Source: a candidate division FCPU426 bacterium (lineage in GTDB: Bacteria > Oederibacteriota > PGYV01 > Palsa-1178). Taken from it: a DNA stretch of 64,000 nt. The notes under the pieces are model-generated. The model had not been told where the DNA came from. It saw nothing but the letters and a program-made list of their open reading frames with translations, and searched no databases. The DNA is taken from assembly GCA_963840035.1 (NCBI GenBank), contig CAWIXE010000003.1, forward strand, positions 384,001 to 448,000, written 5' to 3'. Below are positions 20,517-31,700 of this stretch, in pieces (position 1 is the stretch's first letter; each line of letters starts with the position of its first letter). The position numbers were made by a program, and so were the translations under genes.

Positions 20517-20846
20517 ATGGGAACAAACACAATCGACGTTACAGACGCAACTTTTGAAGCTGAAGTGATAAAATCAGAAATCCCGGTTCTTGTGGATTTT
20601 TGGGCAAACTGGTGCGGGCCGTGCAAGATGCTCGTGCCCATGCTCGAGAGGCTCGCCATAGCATACGCGGGTAAGTTCAAGATAACAAAGATGGATGTGG
20701 ACGCGAACTCCAACACCACGGGAAATTTGGGCGTGCGCTCGCTGCCGACGCTGCTTATTTTTAAAGGCGGCAAGCAGGTGGAGCAGATAGTGGGAGTGAC
20801 GTCGGAGGCGCAGTTAAAAAAGGTAATAGATAAGGTGATTGCGTAA
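20517..20846 (+). CDS. trxA: Thioredoxin
   Basis: VLVDFWANWCGPCK. Confidence 0.97.
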   Translation: MGTNTIDVTDATFEAEVIKSEIPVLVDFWANWCGPCKMLVPMLERLAIAYAGKFKITKMDVDANSNTTGNLGVRSLPTLLIFKGGKQVEQIVGVTSEAQLKKVIDKVIA

Positions 20847-20850
20847 AAAT

Positions 20851-20974
20851 AATTCTGGATTCAAGATTCTGGATTTTGAATTGTATTTGTGAGAATTATA
20901 AAACATACCGTATATACAGGTTTTTTTGACGTCTGCATGCAAAATCCAAAATTTAGAATCCGGAATTGAGAATC
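20851..20974. repeat. Inverted heptamer-repeat palindrome, family A
   Basis: AATTCTGGATTCAAGATTCTGGATTTTGAATT ... AATCCAAAATTTAGAATCCGGAATTGAGAATC. Confidence 0.8.
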
Positions 20975-20990
20975 AGCCCCCTATTAAAAG

Positions 20991-21019
20991 TTGACAAAAA
21001 ACTTCACGCCAGTTATAAT
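20991..21019 (+). promoter_or_regulatory. Consensus sigma70 promoter
   Basis: TTGACA-17 nt-TATAAT. Confidence 0.85.
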
Positions 21020-21032
21020 GGTTAATAAGGAC

Positions 21033-21104
21033 AATTCTAGATTCTGGATTCTAAATTCTAGATTGGTTGTATTAAGTACTTAATTTAGAATCCAGAATCT
21101 AGAT
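21033..21104. repeat. Inverted heptamer-repeat palindrome, family A, in a 5'UTR
   Basis: AATTCTAGATTCTGGATTCTAAATTCTAGATT ... AATTTAGAATCCAGAATCTAGA. Confidence 0.8.
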
Positions 21105-21120
21105 TAAAACCGAGGTATAT

Positions 21121-23022
21121 TTGATGGCGAAGTTTTTACGTAAACTCAGCCTGGCTTTCATCATGTGCGTTATATTCTTTTCTGCGGCGCAGAACTTAAA
21201 CGCGGCTTGCAATCCTGTTATGGTAACATTGTGCGCGGCTGTGGATGACACCGCGATCATCTGGGTTAACTCCATGCAGGTAGGCTCCTTTACTTACGTA
21301 AACTGGAACCAGGCCGGTTATCCTAAATGTATTACATTTGCTGTTGACGATCCTAATTCAGCCCCGCCTGCGGATCCATGGGATGTCCCCATGTATGACG
21401 CGCCCTATGGCGCGAACATAGTCGCTATACAGGTGCAGAACACCAACTGCTGTGAGGTTTGGGGATCATGGTCCATGGACATACTCTGCGACACAGGCGC
21501 GCACGCTTACATGTCGTCTGACGACGGGGAAAACAGGATGTATAATAATTACGCCACGCCGGGACCGGCAAATACTCCGCCATACTGCCCTGAATTCTGC
21601 CTGACGCCGCCGCCAAATGACGGCGCTCTGACATGGTGGCATCATGACTATACACTGGCTAATCCATGGCCGACGCCCATTAAAGATACCGGGACCATAT
21701 GGGGAAAGCAGATATATCACCCGGGGACAGGGGCTCTGCTCAGGCCGCTTTCATACGATAGCAGCGGCACAGGGGAGCATCCTCCGGCGTACCTATACAT
21801 GAGGCAGGCGTATTACCTGACGCCGGCGCCGACACCATTGCCGCCGTTTTTTACCATTACAAAATCAGTCGTGGGCGATCCGCTTACTGTAAATACATCG
21901 AGCCAGGATATTACCTACATATTGCAGGTATGCAATACAGGGCAGCAGCCGGAATTGGGTAAATTGGTCGTAACAGACAGGCTTGATCCGGCTCTTGGTT
22001 TCGCAGGGTTGGTGGATGGAACGGGCAGCTGCGGCGAGGACTGGAAATTTGGGCCGAATTCTTGTGATAATAATCCAGCCCCGGGGTATATCAGGATTGA
22101 ATATCCAAGGGGTTTCCCAGGAGGCACTTGTTTAAATGTCACAATACGGGCACGCGACTGGTGGATCGGTCCGGACGATTTCTGCAAGGTAAGGTATAAT
22201 TACGCCGGCGTGCACTGGCCTTCAGGGGACTTTACGCCGAATATAACGCCGGATGCGGCTTCAAACACCGTGAACGTCACCATGTACTGCCCGGGGACGC
22301 CGACATTTACCCTGACTGTTTCGGAAACATGGACGCAGTCATATACGCGCACCATTACCATGACAAAAACGGCTACGCCGACAGTTACAATGACATCAAC
22401 CAGGACCAGGATACCTACATGGACTAACAGCCCGACAGAAGTTCCTACAGGCAGCACAATTACGGTTACTTTGACCAGGACTCTTTCAGCGACCCTTACA
22501 CCGACTATGTCATGGACCCCATCCGCAACGCCGACAGTTACCGTTACATACGTAAATATCATAGCGCTTGCCAAGTCCGAAGACTGCTGGGATATAAATT
22601 GTGAAGTGCCTCTGGGGGATACGGTTATATACTGCATAACATTTACGAACCTGCTTGACCAGCAGGCGTCTTTTACAATATGGGATACCATACCTGACGC
22701 CATGAATTTTGTTTCAGCGTCGGACGGAGGCCAGTTAATAACCTGGAACGCGGCCATAGTGCCGCCGAGGACCGCGCCGCTGAGGGGAATAGTATGGTCA
22801 TTGAAGGATGTGCCTCCCGTGTCGCAGGCGCCATATAACTGGGGCACAGTATGTTTTACTGTATGGGTGGCAAGGATAAGTTATGCGGGGCTTGATGAAA
22901 ACAGCTATAAATACGCCTATTATGATGATAAAAAGGAAAAAGTCACGGCGCAAAAATATTTTTCGCCGGCAAGGGATGAGGGATTGATCCGAGGCCCCGG
23001 AGGCGGAAGGGCAACCCCATAA
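21121..23022 (+). CDS. Secreted Cys-rich protein: jelly-roll-like N-terminal domain, complete DUF11-like domain, Thr/Pro linker, C-terminal truncated DUF11-like domain
   Basis: Signal peptide; VDD...WVN...NIVAIQV; TITKSV..ITY..VTDRLD..RYNYA..SNTVNV; then LAKSE..GDTVIYCI..WDTIP..GTVCF. Confidence 0.75.
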   Translation: MMAKFLRKLSLAFIMCVIFFSAAQNLNAACNPVMVTLCAAVDDTAIIWVNSMQVGSFTYVNWNQAGYPKCITFAVDDPNSAPPADPWDVPMYDAPYGANIVAIQVQNTNCCEVWGSWSMDILCDTGAHAYMSSDDGENRMYNNYATPGPANTPPYCPEFCLTPPPNDGALTWWHHDYTLANPWPTPIKDTGTIWGKQIYHPGTGALLRPLSYDSSGTGEHPPAYLYMRQAYYLTPAPTPLPPFFTITKSVVGDPLTVNTSSQDITYILQVCNTGQQPELGKLVVTDRLDPALGFAGLVDGTGSCGEDWKFGPNSCDNNPAPGYIRIEYPRGFPGGTCLNVTIRARDWWIGPDDFCKVRYNYAGVHWPSGDFTPNITPDAASNTVNVTMYCPGTPTFTLTVSETWTQSYTRTITMTKTATPTVTMTSTRTRIPTWTNSPTEVPTGSTITVTLTRTLSATLTPTMSWTPSATPTVTVTYVNIIALAKSEDCWDINCEVPLGDTVIYCITFTNLLDQQASFTIWDTIPDAMNFVSASDGGQLITWNAAIVPPRTAPLRGIVWSLKDVPPVSQAPYNWGTVCFTVWVARISYAGLDENSYKYAYYDDKKEKVTAQKYFSPARDEGLIRGPGGGRATP

Positions 23023-23025
23023 AAT

Positions 23026-23060
23026 AAAAAGGCGCGGCATAAAGCCGCGCCTTTTTGTTT
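23026..23060 (+). terminator. Intrinsic terminator
   Basis: AAAAAGGCGCGGC-ATAAA-GCCGCGCCTTTTT. Confidence 0.9.
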
Positions 23061-23399
23061 TATGGGGTTTGAAATAATTATTGCAGTATCCGACAGGATG
23101 CAGTCCTGGTACCATAAAAGCCGTAGTATAGTTTTCTTGCAGAGGCCGGATCATATCCGGCCAACAACCATTTTTATAATTGAAAATTGAAAATACTGAA
23201 TTGAAAATTTGTCTTTTAGTCCAATTCAGAACATACCTCTCCCAATAGCCGCCTTATAGTATAGAAAAACCAAAAATAAATCAATTTTCACTTGAATCAG
23301 TTCAAATTATTTTTCTAATATTCCATAAAAAGCAATAAAACGCTATAAAAATAAGGATAAAATACCGTATAAAATACTCGAAATAAGCCTGTTTCCGAA

Positions 23400-23428
23400 T
23401 TGACAAAATAGCTATCTGTTTGTATAAT
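23400..23428 (+). promoter_or_regulatory. Consensus sigma70 promoter for the operon containing the giant gene
   Basis: TTGACA-17 nt-TATAAT. Confidence 0.85.
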
Positions 23429-23589
23429 TAGTACTGGGAAATAGCTTAATTATATAGAGTTTTTTAGAATGAGGCAGAGGTCTCTAAATTATTATATCTC
23501 TGTCCTCGGAGTAGTGTAAGCATTTTTGATTTTATGTATTTTGTCAGTATCGAAGATAAGTAAAAAATTAAGTGAGGAGATGAGTTGAA

Positions 23590-24921
23590 ATGGAAAAGTT
23601 TTCCGCGAAATATAGTGTAATTCTGACAACAGTTTTAATAATATTTTTCGCGTCCGCGAATGTTTTTGCGGCAACTCTTTCCGTCTGCCAACCGTCGGGT
23701 TGCACATATAGCACAATAGCGGCAGCTTTAAACGCGGCTGCCGCGAGCGGAGATACGATCGTTATTTCCAGTAATATTTCTGAGGACTGCGCGATACCGA
23801 ACAATTTAAACAAAACTGTGGCGATTACATCCGATGGGACCAGAAGGACCTGGACAAACGCAGGCGGTTCGAATGTATCAATATCAAATATTGGCACATC
23901 GTGCAACCTGTCATTTTCAAACCTCGACATAGTAAATACCACTGGAAGCACAATGATGAACTTTACGAATTTCCAGCCCGGAACCACATTTAGTTTTATT
24001 AACTGTACCCTGAAGAATACAACACAGAGCGGAAGGCTTGTCGACCTGCAAAATGGAGGGTTCCTGAATTTTTACGAGTGCGAGCTTGTCGGAAACAACC
24101 TGACTTCGGAGGGGATACTGCTTGAATCCGGCGTGGGTTCGGGCAAAGGGCTGTATATGCAAAATTCCATAATAAGGGGCATATCAAACGGCAAAGCCCT
24201 GAATGACCAGTATGCCAGCGGCGCCAACGCGACACTCAGGAACTGCACCTTTGAGGGAAACAGCATCGCGATAGAAACCCAGGGCGCGCTTACGGTCCGA
24301 AACACACTTTTTATAAACAACACAAATGACTTAAATCTCACGAATATTAACGCCTGGGCTACCGCGGCGATGAACAGCGCGTACCAGTACTGCAGTTTCC
24401 ACGAACAGACCACAACGATATCGGACGGAGGAGCGCACGCCTGGACCGGTTATACGGGGAATATATTCGGCACTCCGAACACGATAGTACAGGATTATGT
24501 GAACCACAACCTGCACCTTGACTGCGGCGACACCGTCTATGCTGTGGATAAAGGCGCTAACATGTCCGCGTACTATACGGTGGACAAAGACTACATGCAG
24601 AGGCCGCAGGGAACCGCGTATGATATCGGAGCGTATGAGTGCCCGTCGCTTCAGATATCGAAGTCGGCAAATGTGTCCGCCGCGTACCTCGGTGATACGG
24701 TGACATACTGCATAACTTACACGAACAATTCCACGGATGACAAGGATACGGATATCTGGGACACGGTCCCGGGGAACATGGTGTTTTCTGGATGCGATAA
24801 TTCCTGCGACACGCAGGCGTACGGCATTTATAACGTGGTGCACTGGTACATAGCGCTCCCGCCGGGAGCGTATGGCACAGTGTGTTTTTACGCGAGGATA
24901 ACGGATTACGTAAGGCCTTAA
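23590..24921 (+). CDS. Secreted right-handed beta-helix (pectin-lyase-like) protein with a choice-of-anchor-Q-like motif and a C-terminal truncated DUF11-like domain
   Basis: Signal peptide; YSTIAAALNAA..GDTI; Asn-rich coils (NCTL, NCTFEGN, NTLF); HL..AVDKG..RPQG..DIGAYE; ISKSAN..GDTVTYCI..WDTVP..GTVCF then stop. Confidence 0.75.
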   Translation: MEKFSAKYSVILTTVLIIFFASANVFAATLSVCQPSGCTYSTIAAALNAAAASGDTIVISSNISEDCAIPNNLNKTVAITSDGTRRTWTNAGGSNVSISNIGTSCNLSFSNLDIVNTTGSTMMNFTNFQPGTTFSFINCTLKNTTQSGRLVDLQNGGFLNFYECELVGNNLTSEGILLESGVGSGKGLYMQNSIIRGISNGKALNDQYASGANATLRNCTFEGNSIAIETQGALTVRNTLFINNTNDLNLTNINAWATAAMNSAYQYCSFHEQTTTISDGGAHAWTGYTGNIFGTPNTIVQDYVNHNLHLDCGDTVYAVDKGANMSAYYTVDKDYMQRPQGTAYDIGAYECPSLQISKSANVSAAYLGDTVTYCITYTNNSTDDKDTDIWDTVPGNMVFSGCDNSCDTQAYGIYNVVHWYIALPPGAYGTVCFYARITDYVRP

Positions 24922-24951
24922 GGGCTAAATTTTTTTAAAAGGAGAACGCAT

Positions 24952-25683
24952 GTGAATGCAAGATGGGCGGCGGCAGTAAAAATCAAAACACATATTTATG
25001 TATTTATAATCATTCTGGCGATGCATTCTATTTCTTATGCTACTGCTTCGATTGTTAGTGTCACAACGAGCCCGAGCCCCGCGTGTGGGGCCGCTACGCA
25101 GACGATTAGTGTGACCGTTGTTTTTTCTGAAAATTCTGCGTGGCAGGCTGTTTATGGAGCGGTTGTTTTTTCTGCAGATGCTTCTTGGACTAGCTCAGAT
25201 ACTTGGGCGGTAGGAGGTACAGGATGCGACCCGTGCTGCGACGGGGCGCTTTGGGGAACTGCGGGGGGCACTGTTCCGCAGACTTTTACCTGGGCAGGTA
25301 ATGTAACAATACCCAGCGGGTCATTTACACGTATGCTTATAGCAACACATACTGGGACACAATACAATTGCGGCAGTGATGGTTCCGCCATGACGTGGAT
25401 TGTATTTTCGCCTTCATGCAGCCCCATCACATCAGTAAATAAATCAGCGGATAAAACATCCATGTATGTGGGAGATACTGTGTCGTTCTGTCTTACCACG
25501 ACAAATACCGGCGGGTCAAATTATACTTTCAATATGTGGGACACGGTGCCGGCAGGACTGACTTATCTGGACTGCAGCGATTCTTGCACGTATTCGGGAG
25601 GAGTCGTGTCCTGGACGATTACAAATCTCGCCGGCAGCAGTGCGGTGACAAGGTGTTTTCGGGCAACGGCTAATACCCCGTAG
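24952..25683 (+). CDS. Secreted Cys-rich protein: head domain paralogous to the giant's N-terminus plus a truncated DUF11-like domain
   Basis: Signal peptide; [48 protein letters not shown] then stop; AGGAG RBS. Confidence 0.75.
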   Translation: MNARWAAAVKIKTHIYVFIIILAMHSISYATASIVSVTTSPSPACGAATQTISVTVVFSENSAWQAVYGAVVFSADASWTSSDTWAVGGTGCDPCCDGALWGTAGGTVPQTFTWAGNVTIPSGSFTRMLIATHTGTQYNCGSDGSAMTWIVFSPSCSPITSVNKSADKTSMYVGDTVSFCLTTTNTGGSNYTFNMWDTVPAGLTYLDCSDSCTYSGGVVSWTITNLAGSSAVTRCFRATANTP

Positions 25684-25749
25684 TTTTATTTCTGGTTCGG
25701 ATTCTTTAATTGTAATGACGGCTGAATAAAATAAAAAAGGAGAGAGCTG

Positions 25750-28700
25750 ATGAATACAAACAGGCTAACCGCGGTAAAGAGCGGGATAATGCTGTTTGTA
25801 TTATTGTTTCTGATGCTGTTTCATGGCAGCGCGCTTTTTGGAGCGACCCTTGTTAGCTTCACATCAAACCCTTCTCCGGCGTGCGGCGCTGCAGGACAGA
25901 CTATCTCGCTTACCACGGTTGCAATAAGCGGTACATATACTACTATTTCGTACACTATAATGTTCTCGGCTGATACTACAGCGGGAAACGCAGGAGATGT
26001 ATATGTTGTTGGAACTAATTGCGCAAACGGCAATGCAGCTCTTGGAACTGAAAACGCTCCGGCGGTAAATATTACAAAAGTAGATACTGTGACTATACCT
26101 GCAGGAACATTTAATTACATAATAGTAACTTTAACTGATAATAATGGCAATGGCTGTTCCAATAAAGGGCAGATTGCGTTTACCACCGCATGCGGGCCGA
26201 CAAATACAACGACGGTTTCTCCTACTATCACACCTACGCCTACACCTACAAGGATATTTATCAGCAATACCGGATACGCGGACGGAAAAGCATCCAACAG
26301 CGTCAGTGTCGAGATCCTGCTTGTCGCCGGGCCGCCGACGAACACGCCTTCGATCACGCCGACGTATACCATAACGCAGACAGTGACGCCGACCGTCACG
26401 AGGACCATCACGCCGACCATCACGCTGACCGCGACAGATACATTTACCAGGACTATCACGCAGACTATTACGCAGACCAGCACGCAGACCGTTACACAGA
26501 CTACTACCCCGGTATTTTCCCTCACCATGACCATGACCGTTACCCAGACAGCCACGCAGACGGTGACCAGGACAATAACGCAGACGATAACGCAGACGAT
26601 AACACAGACGATAACACAGACGATAACGCAGACAATAACCGAGACTGTGACGCGGACCATATCTCCGACGTGGACCAACTCGCCGGATAACAGCATGACA
26701 TTTACACCGACGGCCACGCCGACTTCGTTCCCGGCATGTATTTTTTCGGATTATTTTAATAACGCATCATTTGACGCCTCAATATGGAACACCGCGAACG
26801 TCGGTGCCGGGTCCAACGGCAGCCAGGCGGAGTCGGGGAACCTTACCATTACTGCGCAGGGCGGGGACATTGCGGGTACGGCGGATTCGTTCTATTACAT
26901 TTATCAGAAGACCAGTTCGGCAAACCTCGACATAAGGTTCCGTGTCACTGCGATTGGCAGCCAGTGGAACTCAAGGGTAGGTATCATGATCAGGGAGTCA
27001 ACAGCTGCTAATTCGGCTTTTGCTTCCATAAACATCAATAATAACAGCCACGATGACATTTCTCAGCAAAGGGCCTCGACAGGCGCCGGTGTATCATCGA
27101 GCGACCACTATAACGGTGGCAACTACTTAAGGATGGTAAAGACCGGGAATCAGATAATAACCTATGATTCTCCTGACGGTATTACATGGAATATACAGCA
27201 GACATATAATTTCGCATCATTTGCAAGTGATTATACTGTGGGAATTGTTGCAACTTCAAACACGGGCAGCAATAACACCTTCAGCGGGCAGGATTTCCAT
27301 GTTCAGACTGGCGCCTGCGGAACCCCGACGTTTACTGCAACTCCTACAAACTCAAACACATATACAGTCACATATACGCGCACAAACACACCGACTATTA
27401 CCGTGACTTATTCCAGTACATATACAAGGACTATAACACCTTCAATAACCCCCACATTTACGATAACCCCGCGTACCATTGGTAATATCGCAAATACAAG
27501 GTTTGGCCAGTCAAATAACGTGCTTGTGGCGGTATTTACGCCGACAGGCGCAATAGCCACAAATACCTTTACTGCTACGCGCACATCCACACCCACAGGC
27601 ACGCCCACGGCGACAAGGACATATACTGCGTCAGTTACCCCTACAGGGGTGCAGAACGTGGGTAACTGGGATTACGGCCAATCCAACTTTGTTGGCCTCA
27701 TTATAGTAACACCTACATTCACGGCCACCATAACTGTTTCACCAACCGTAACACCCTCATTTACATTTACCTACACAATAACCAGGACACCAACCTTTAC
27801 AGTAACACAATCAGTTACGGTCAATAATACAAACACGGTAACTGTCACGGGGACGCCATCGGTTACTCAGACTTTGACGCCTACATATACAACTACCGTA
27901 ACGCAGACTGTGACCCCGACTATAACGCAGACTATGACCCAGTCTGTAACCAGGACTATAACCATTACTGTGACGCAGAGCGTAACGCAGACTGTAACCA
28001 CGACCATATCGCAGACTGTGACGCAGACGCTCACACAAACAGTGACACAGACAGTGTCGCAGACGGTAACTCAGACAGTGTCGCAGACAGTCACGCAAAC
28101 GGTTACGCCAACTACATCGCCGACTTATACGCGGACTATAACTTTGACCGCGACCCAGACCGTGACGCAGACCATGACCCAGACCGTTACGCAGACGTTG
28201 ACGCAGACTGTTACAACGACAATAACACAGACCGTCACACAGACGGCGACTCAGACTATAACTCAAACAGCGACACAGACGGCAACGCAGACCGTGACAC
28301 AGACCGCGACTCAGTCAATAACGCCTACGACATCGCCTACGTTTACCCAGACCGTCACACAGACAGTAACGCAGACAGTGACGCAGACAGTGACACAGAC
28401 AGTGACACAGACGCTGACGCAGACAGTAACTCAGACTGTGACACAGACGGTAACGCAGACGCTGACGCAGACAATAACACAGACGGTAACGCAGACGCTG
28501 ACGCAGACAATAACACAGACGGTAACGCAGACGCTGACGCAGACTGTGACGCAGACAGTAACGCAGACGCTGACACAGACAGTAACGCAGACGCTGACAC
28601 AGACAGTAACGCAGACTGTAACACAGACACTGACGCAGACGGTAACACAGACACTGACGCAGACGGTAACACAGACAGTGACGCAGACCGTATCGCAGAC

Positions 28701-31700
28701 AGTAACACAGACGCTGACGCAGACAGTAACACAGACAGTGACGCAGACAGTAACGCAGACAGTGACACAGACAGTAACGCAGACTGTGACTCAGACTGTA
28801 ACACAGACGCTGACGCAGACAATAACACAGACGCTGACACAAACAGTGACGCAGACAGTGACACAGACAGTGACACAGACGCTGACGCAGACAGTAACTC
28901 AGACTGTGACACAGACGGTAACGCAGACGCTGACGCAGACAATAACACAGACGGTAACGCAGACGCTGACGCAGACTGTGACGCAGACAGTAACGCAGAC
29001 GCTGACACAGACAGTAACGCAGACGCTGACACAGACAGTAACGCAGACTGTAACACAGACACTGACGCAGACGGTAACACAGACACTGACGCAGACGGTA
29101 ACACAGACAGTGACGCAGACCGTATCGCAGACAGTAACACAGACGCTGACGCAGACAGTAACACAGACAGTGACGCAGACAGTAACGCAGACAGTGACAC
29201 AGACAGTAACGCAGACTGTGACTCAGACTGTAACACAGACGCTGACGCAGACAATAACACAGACGCTGACACAAACAGTGACGCAGACAGTAACGCAGAC
29301 AGTGACACAGACAGTATCGCAGACAGTAACGCAGACGCTGACGCAGACAGTGACACAGACAGTGACGCAGACAGTAACACAGACAGTAACGCAGACAGTA
29401 ACTCAGACCGTAACACAGACACTGACACAGACGGTGACACAGACAGTAACGCAGACAGTGACGCAGACAGTATCGCAGACAATAACACAGACGCTGACAC
29501 AAACAGTGACGCAGACAGTAACGCAGACAGTGACACAGACAGTATCGCAGACAGTAACGCAGACGCTGACGCAGACAGTGACACAAACGGTAACGCAGAC
29601 AGTAACGCAAACAGTGACACAGACGGTAACGCAGACGCTGACGCAGACAGTGACGCAGACAGTGACGCAGACAGTATCGCAGACGGTAACACAGACGCTG
29701 ACGCAAACAGTGACACAAACTGTAACACAAACTGTAACGCAGACTGTTACACAAACAATAACACAAACAATAACACAAACAATAACACAAACAATAACAC
29801 AAACAATAACACAAACAATAACACAAACAGTGACTGAGACAGTAACTCAGACAGTGACACAGACAATAACGCAGACTGTATCTCAGACAGTAACACAGAC
29901 GTTGACGCAAACAGTAACACAGACTGTAACACAGACTGTATCGCAGACGGTGACACAGACTGTAACACAGACGCTGACTCAGACAGTGACACAAACTGTA
30001 ACACAAACGATAACGCAGACAGTGACACAGACAGTATCGCAGACGGTAACGCAGACTGTGACTCAAACTGTGACTCAAACTGTTACACAGACAATAACGC
30101 AAACATTGACACAGACTGTCACCCAGACTGTAACGCAAACTGTGACACAAACTGTATCGCAGACTGTAACGCAGACTGTGACTCAAACTGTTACACAGAC
30201 AGTGACACAGACAGTAACGCAAACATTGACCCAGACTGTCACGCAAACTGTATCACAGACAGTAACGCAAACGTTGACACAGACAGTGACGCAAACAATA
30301 ACACAAACAGTGACTGAGACGGTAACACAGACGCAGACACAGACAGTGACACAAACTGTAACACAAACGATAACGCAGACTGTGACACAGACAGTATCGC
30401 AGACGGTAACACAGACTGTGACACAGACAGTATCGCAGACGGTAACACAGACGGTAACACAGACTGTGACTCAAACTGTTACACAGACAGTGACTCAAAC
30501 TGTTACACAGACAGTGACTCAAACTGTTACACAGACAGTGACTCAAACTGTAACTCAAACAGTAACGGAGACAGTAACACAGACAGTGACGCAGACCGTT
30601 ACGCGAACAGTAACTGAGACAGTAACCCAGACTATGACACAGACAGTAACGCAGACAATTACACAAACAGTAACGCAAACGTTGACGCAGACAGTAACTG
30701 AGACAGTAACGCAGACTGTTACACAAACAGTGACACAAACAGTGACACAAACAGTGACACAAACAGTGACACAAACAGTGACGCAGACAGTGACGCAGAC
30801 AGTGACGCAAACAGTAACTGAGACAGTGACACAGACCGTTACGCGAACAGTAACTGAGACAGTAACCCAGACTATGACACAGACAGTAACGCAAACAGTG
30901 ACCCAGACAGTCACCCAGACTGTCACACAAACTGTATCACAGACAGTTACGCAGACGATAACTCAGACAGTAACTGAGACAGTAACACAAACGTTGACGC
31001 AGACAGTAACACAGACAGTGACGCAGACGGTGACGCAGACAGTGACGCAAACAGTAACTGAGACAGTGACACAGACCGTTACGCGAACAGTAACTGAGAC
31101 AGTAACCCAGACTATGACACAGACAGTAACGCAAACAGTGACCCAGACAGTCACCCAGACTGTCACCCAGACTGTCACCCAGACTGTCACCCAGACTGTC
31201 ACCCAGACTGTCACCCAGACTGTCACCCAGACTGTCACCCAGACTGTCACCCAGACTGTCACCCAGACTGTCACACAAACTGTATCACAGACAGTTACGC
31301 AGACGATAACTCAGACAGTAACTGAGACAGTAACACAAACGTTGACGCAGACAGTAACACAGACAGTGACGCAGACGGTGACGCAGACAGTGACGCAGAC
31401 AGTAACGCAGACAGTAACGCAGACAGTGACACAGACAGTGACGCAGACAGTGACACAGACAGTGACGCAGACAGTGACACAGACAGTGACGCAGACAGTA
31501 ACACAGACCGTTACTCAGACTGTAACTGAAACAGTGACACAGACAGTGACTCGGACAGTAACGCAGACAGTAACTGAGACAGTAACGCAGACAGTGACAC
31601 AGACAGTAACGCAGACCGTTACTCAAACAGTAACACAGACAGTGACGCAGACAATCACACTGACGGTGACACAAACAGTAACGCAGACAGTTACTCAAAC

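Noticed and set aside
23085..23165. Possible riboswitch or ncRNA (two small hairpins)
   Set aside because: No recognisable aptamer consensus, and it lies upstream of the 23400 promoter. An Rfam/Infernal search would be needed.
24952..26260. Diversity-generating retroelement (TR/VR) behind the paralogous head domains
   Set aside because: Divergence is general rather than adenine-specific, and there is no reverse transcriptase in the window.
26190..26690. 166-aa His/Asp-rich alternative-frame ORF
   Set aside because: It is a frame-shifted reading of Thr-codon repeats inside the giant gene.
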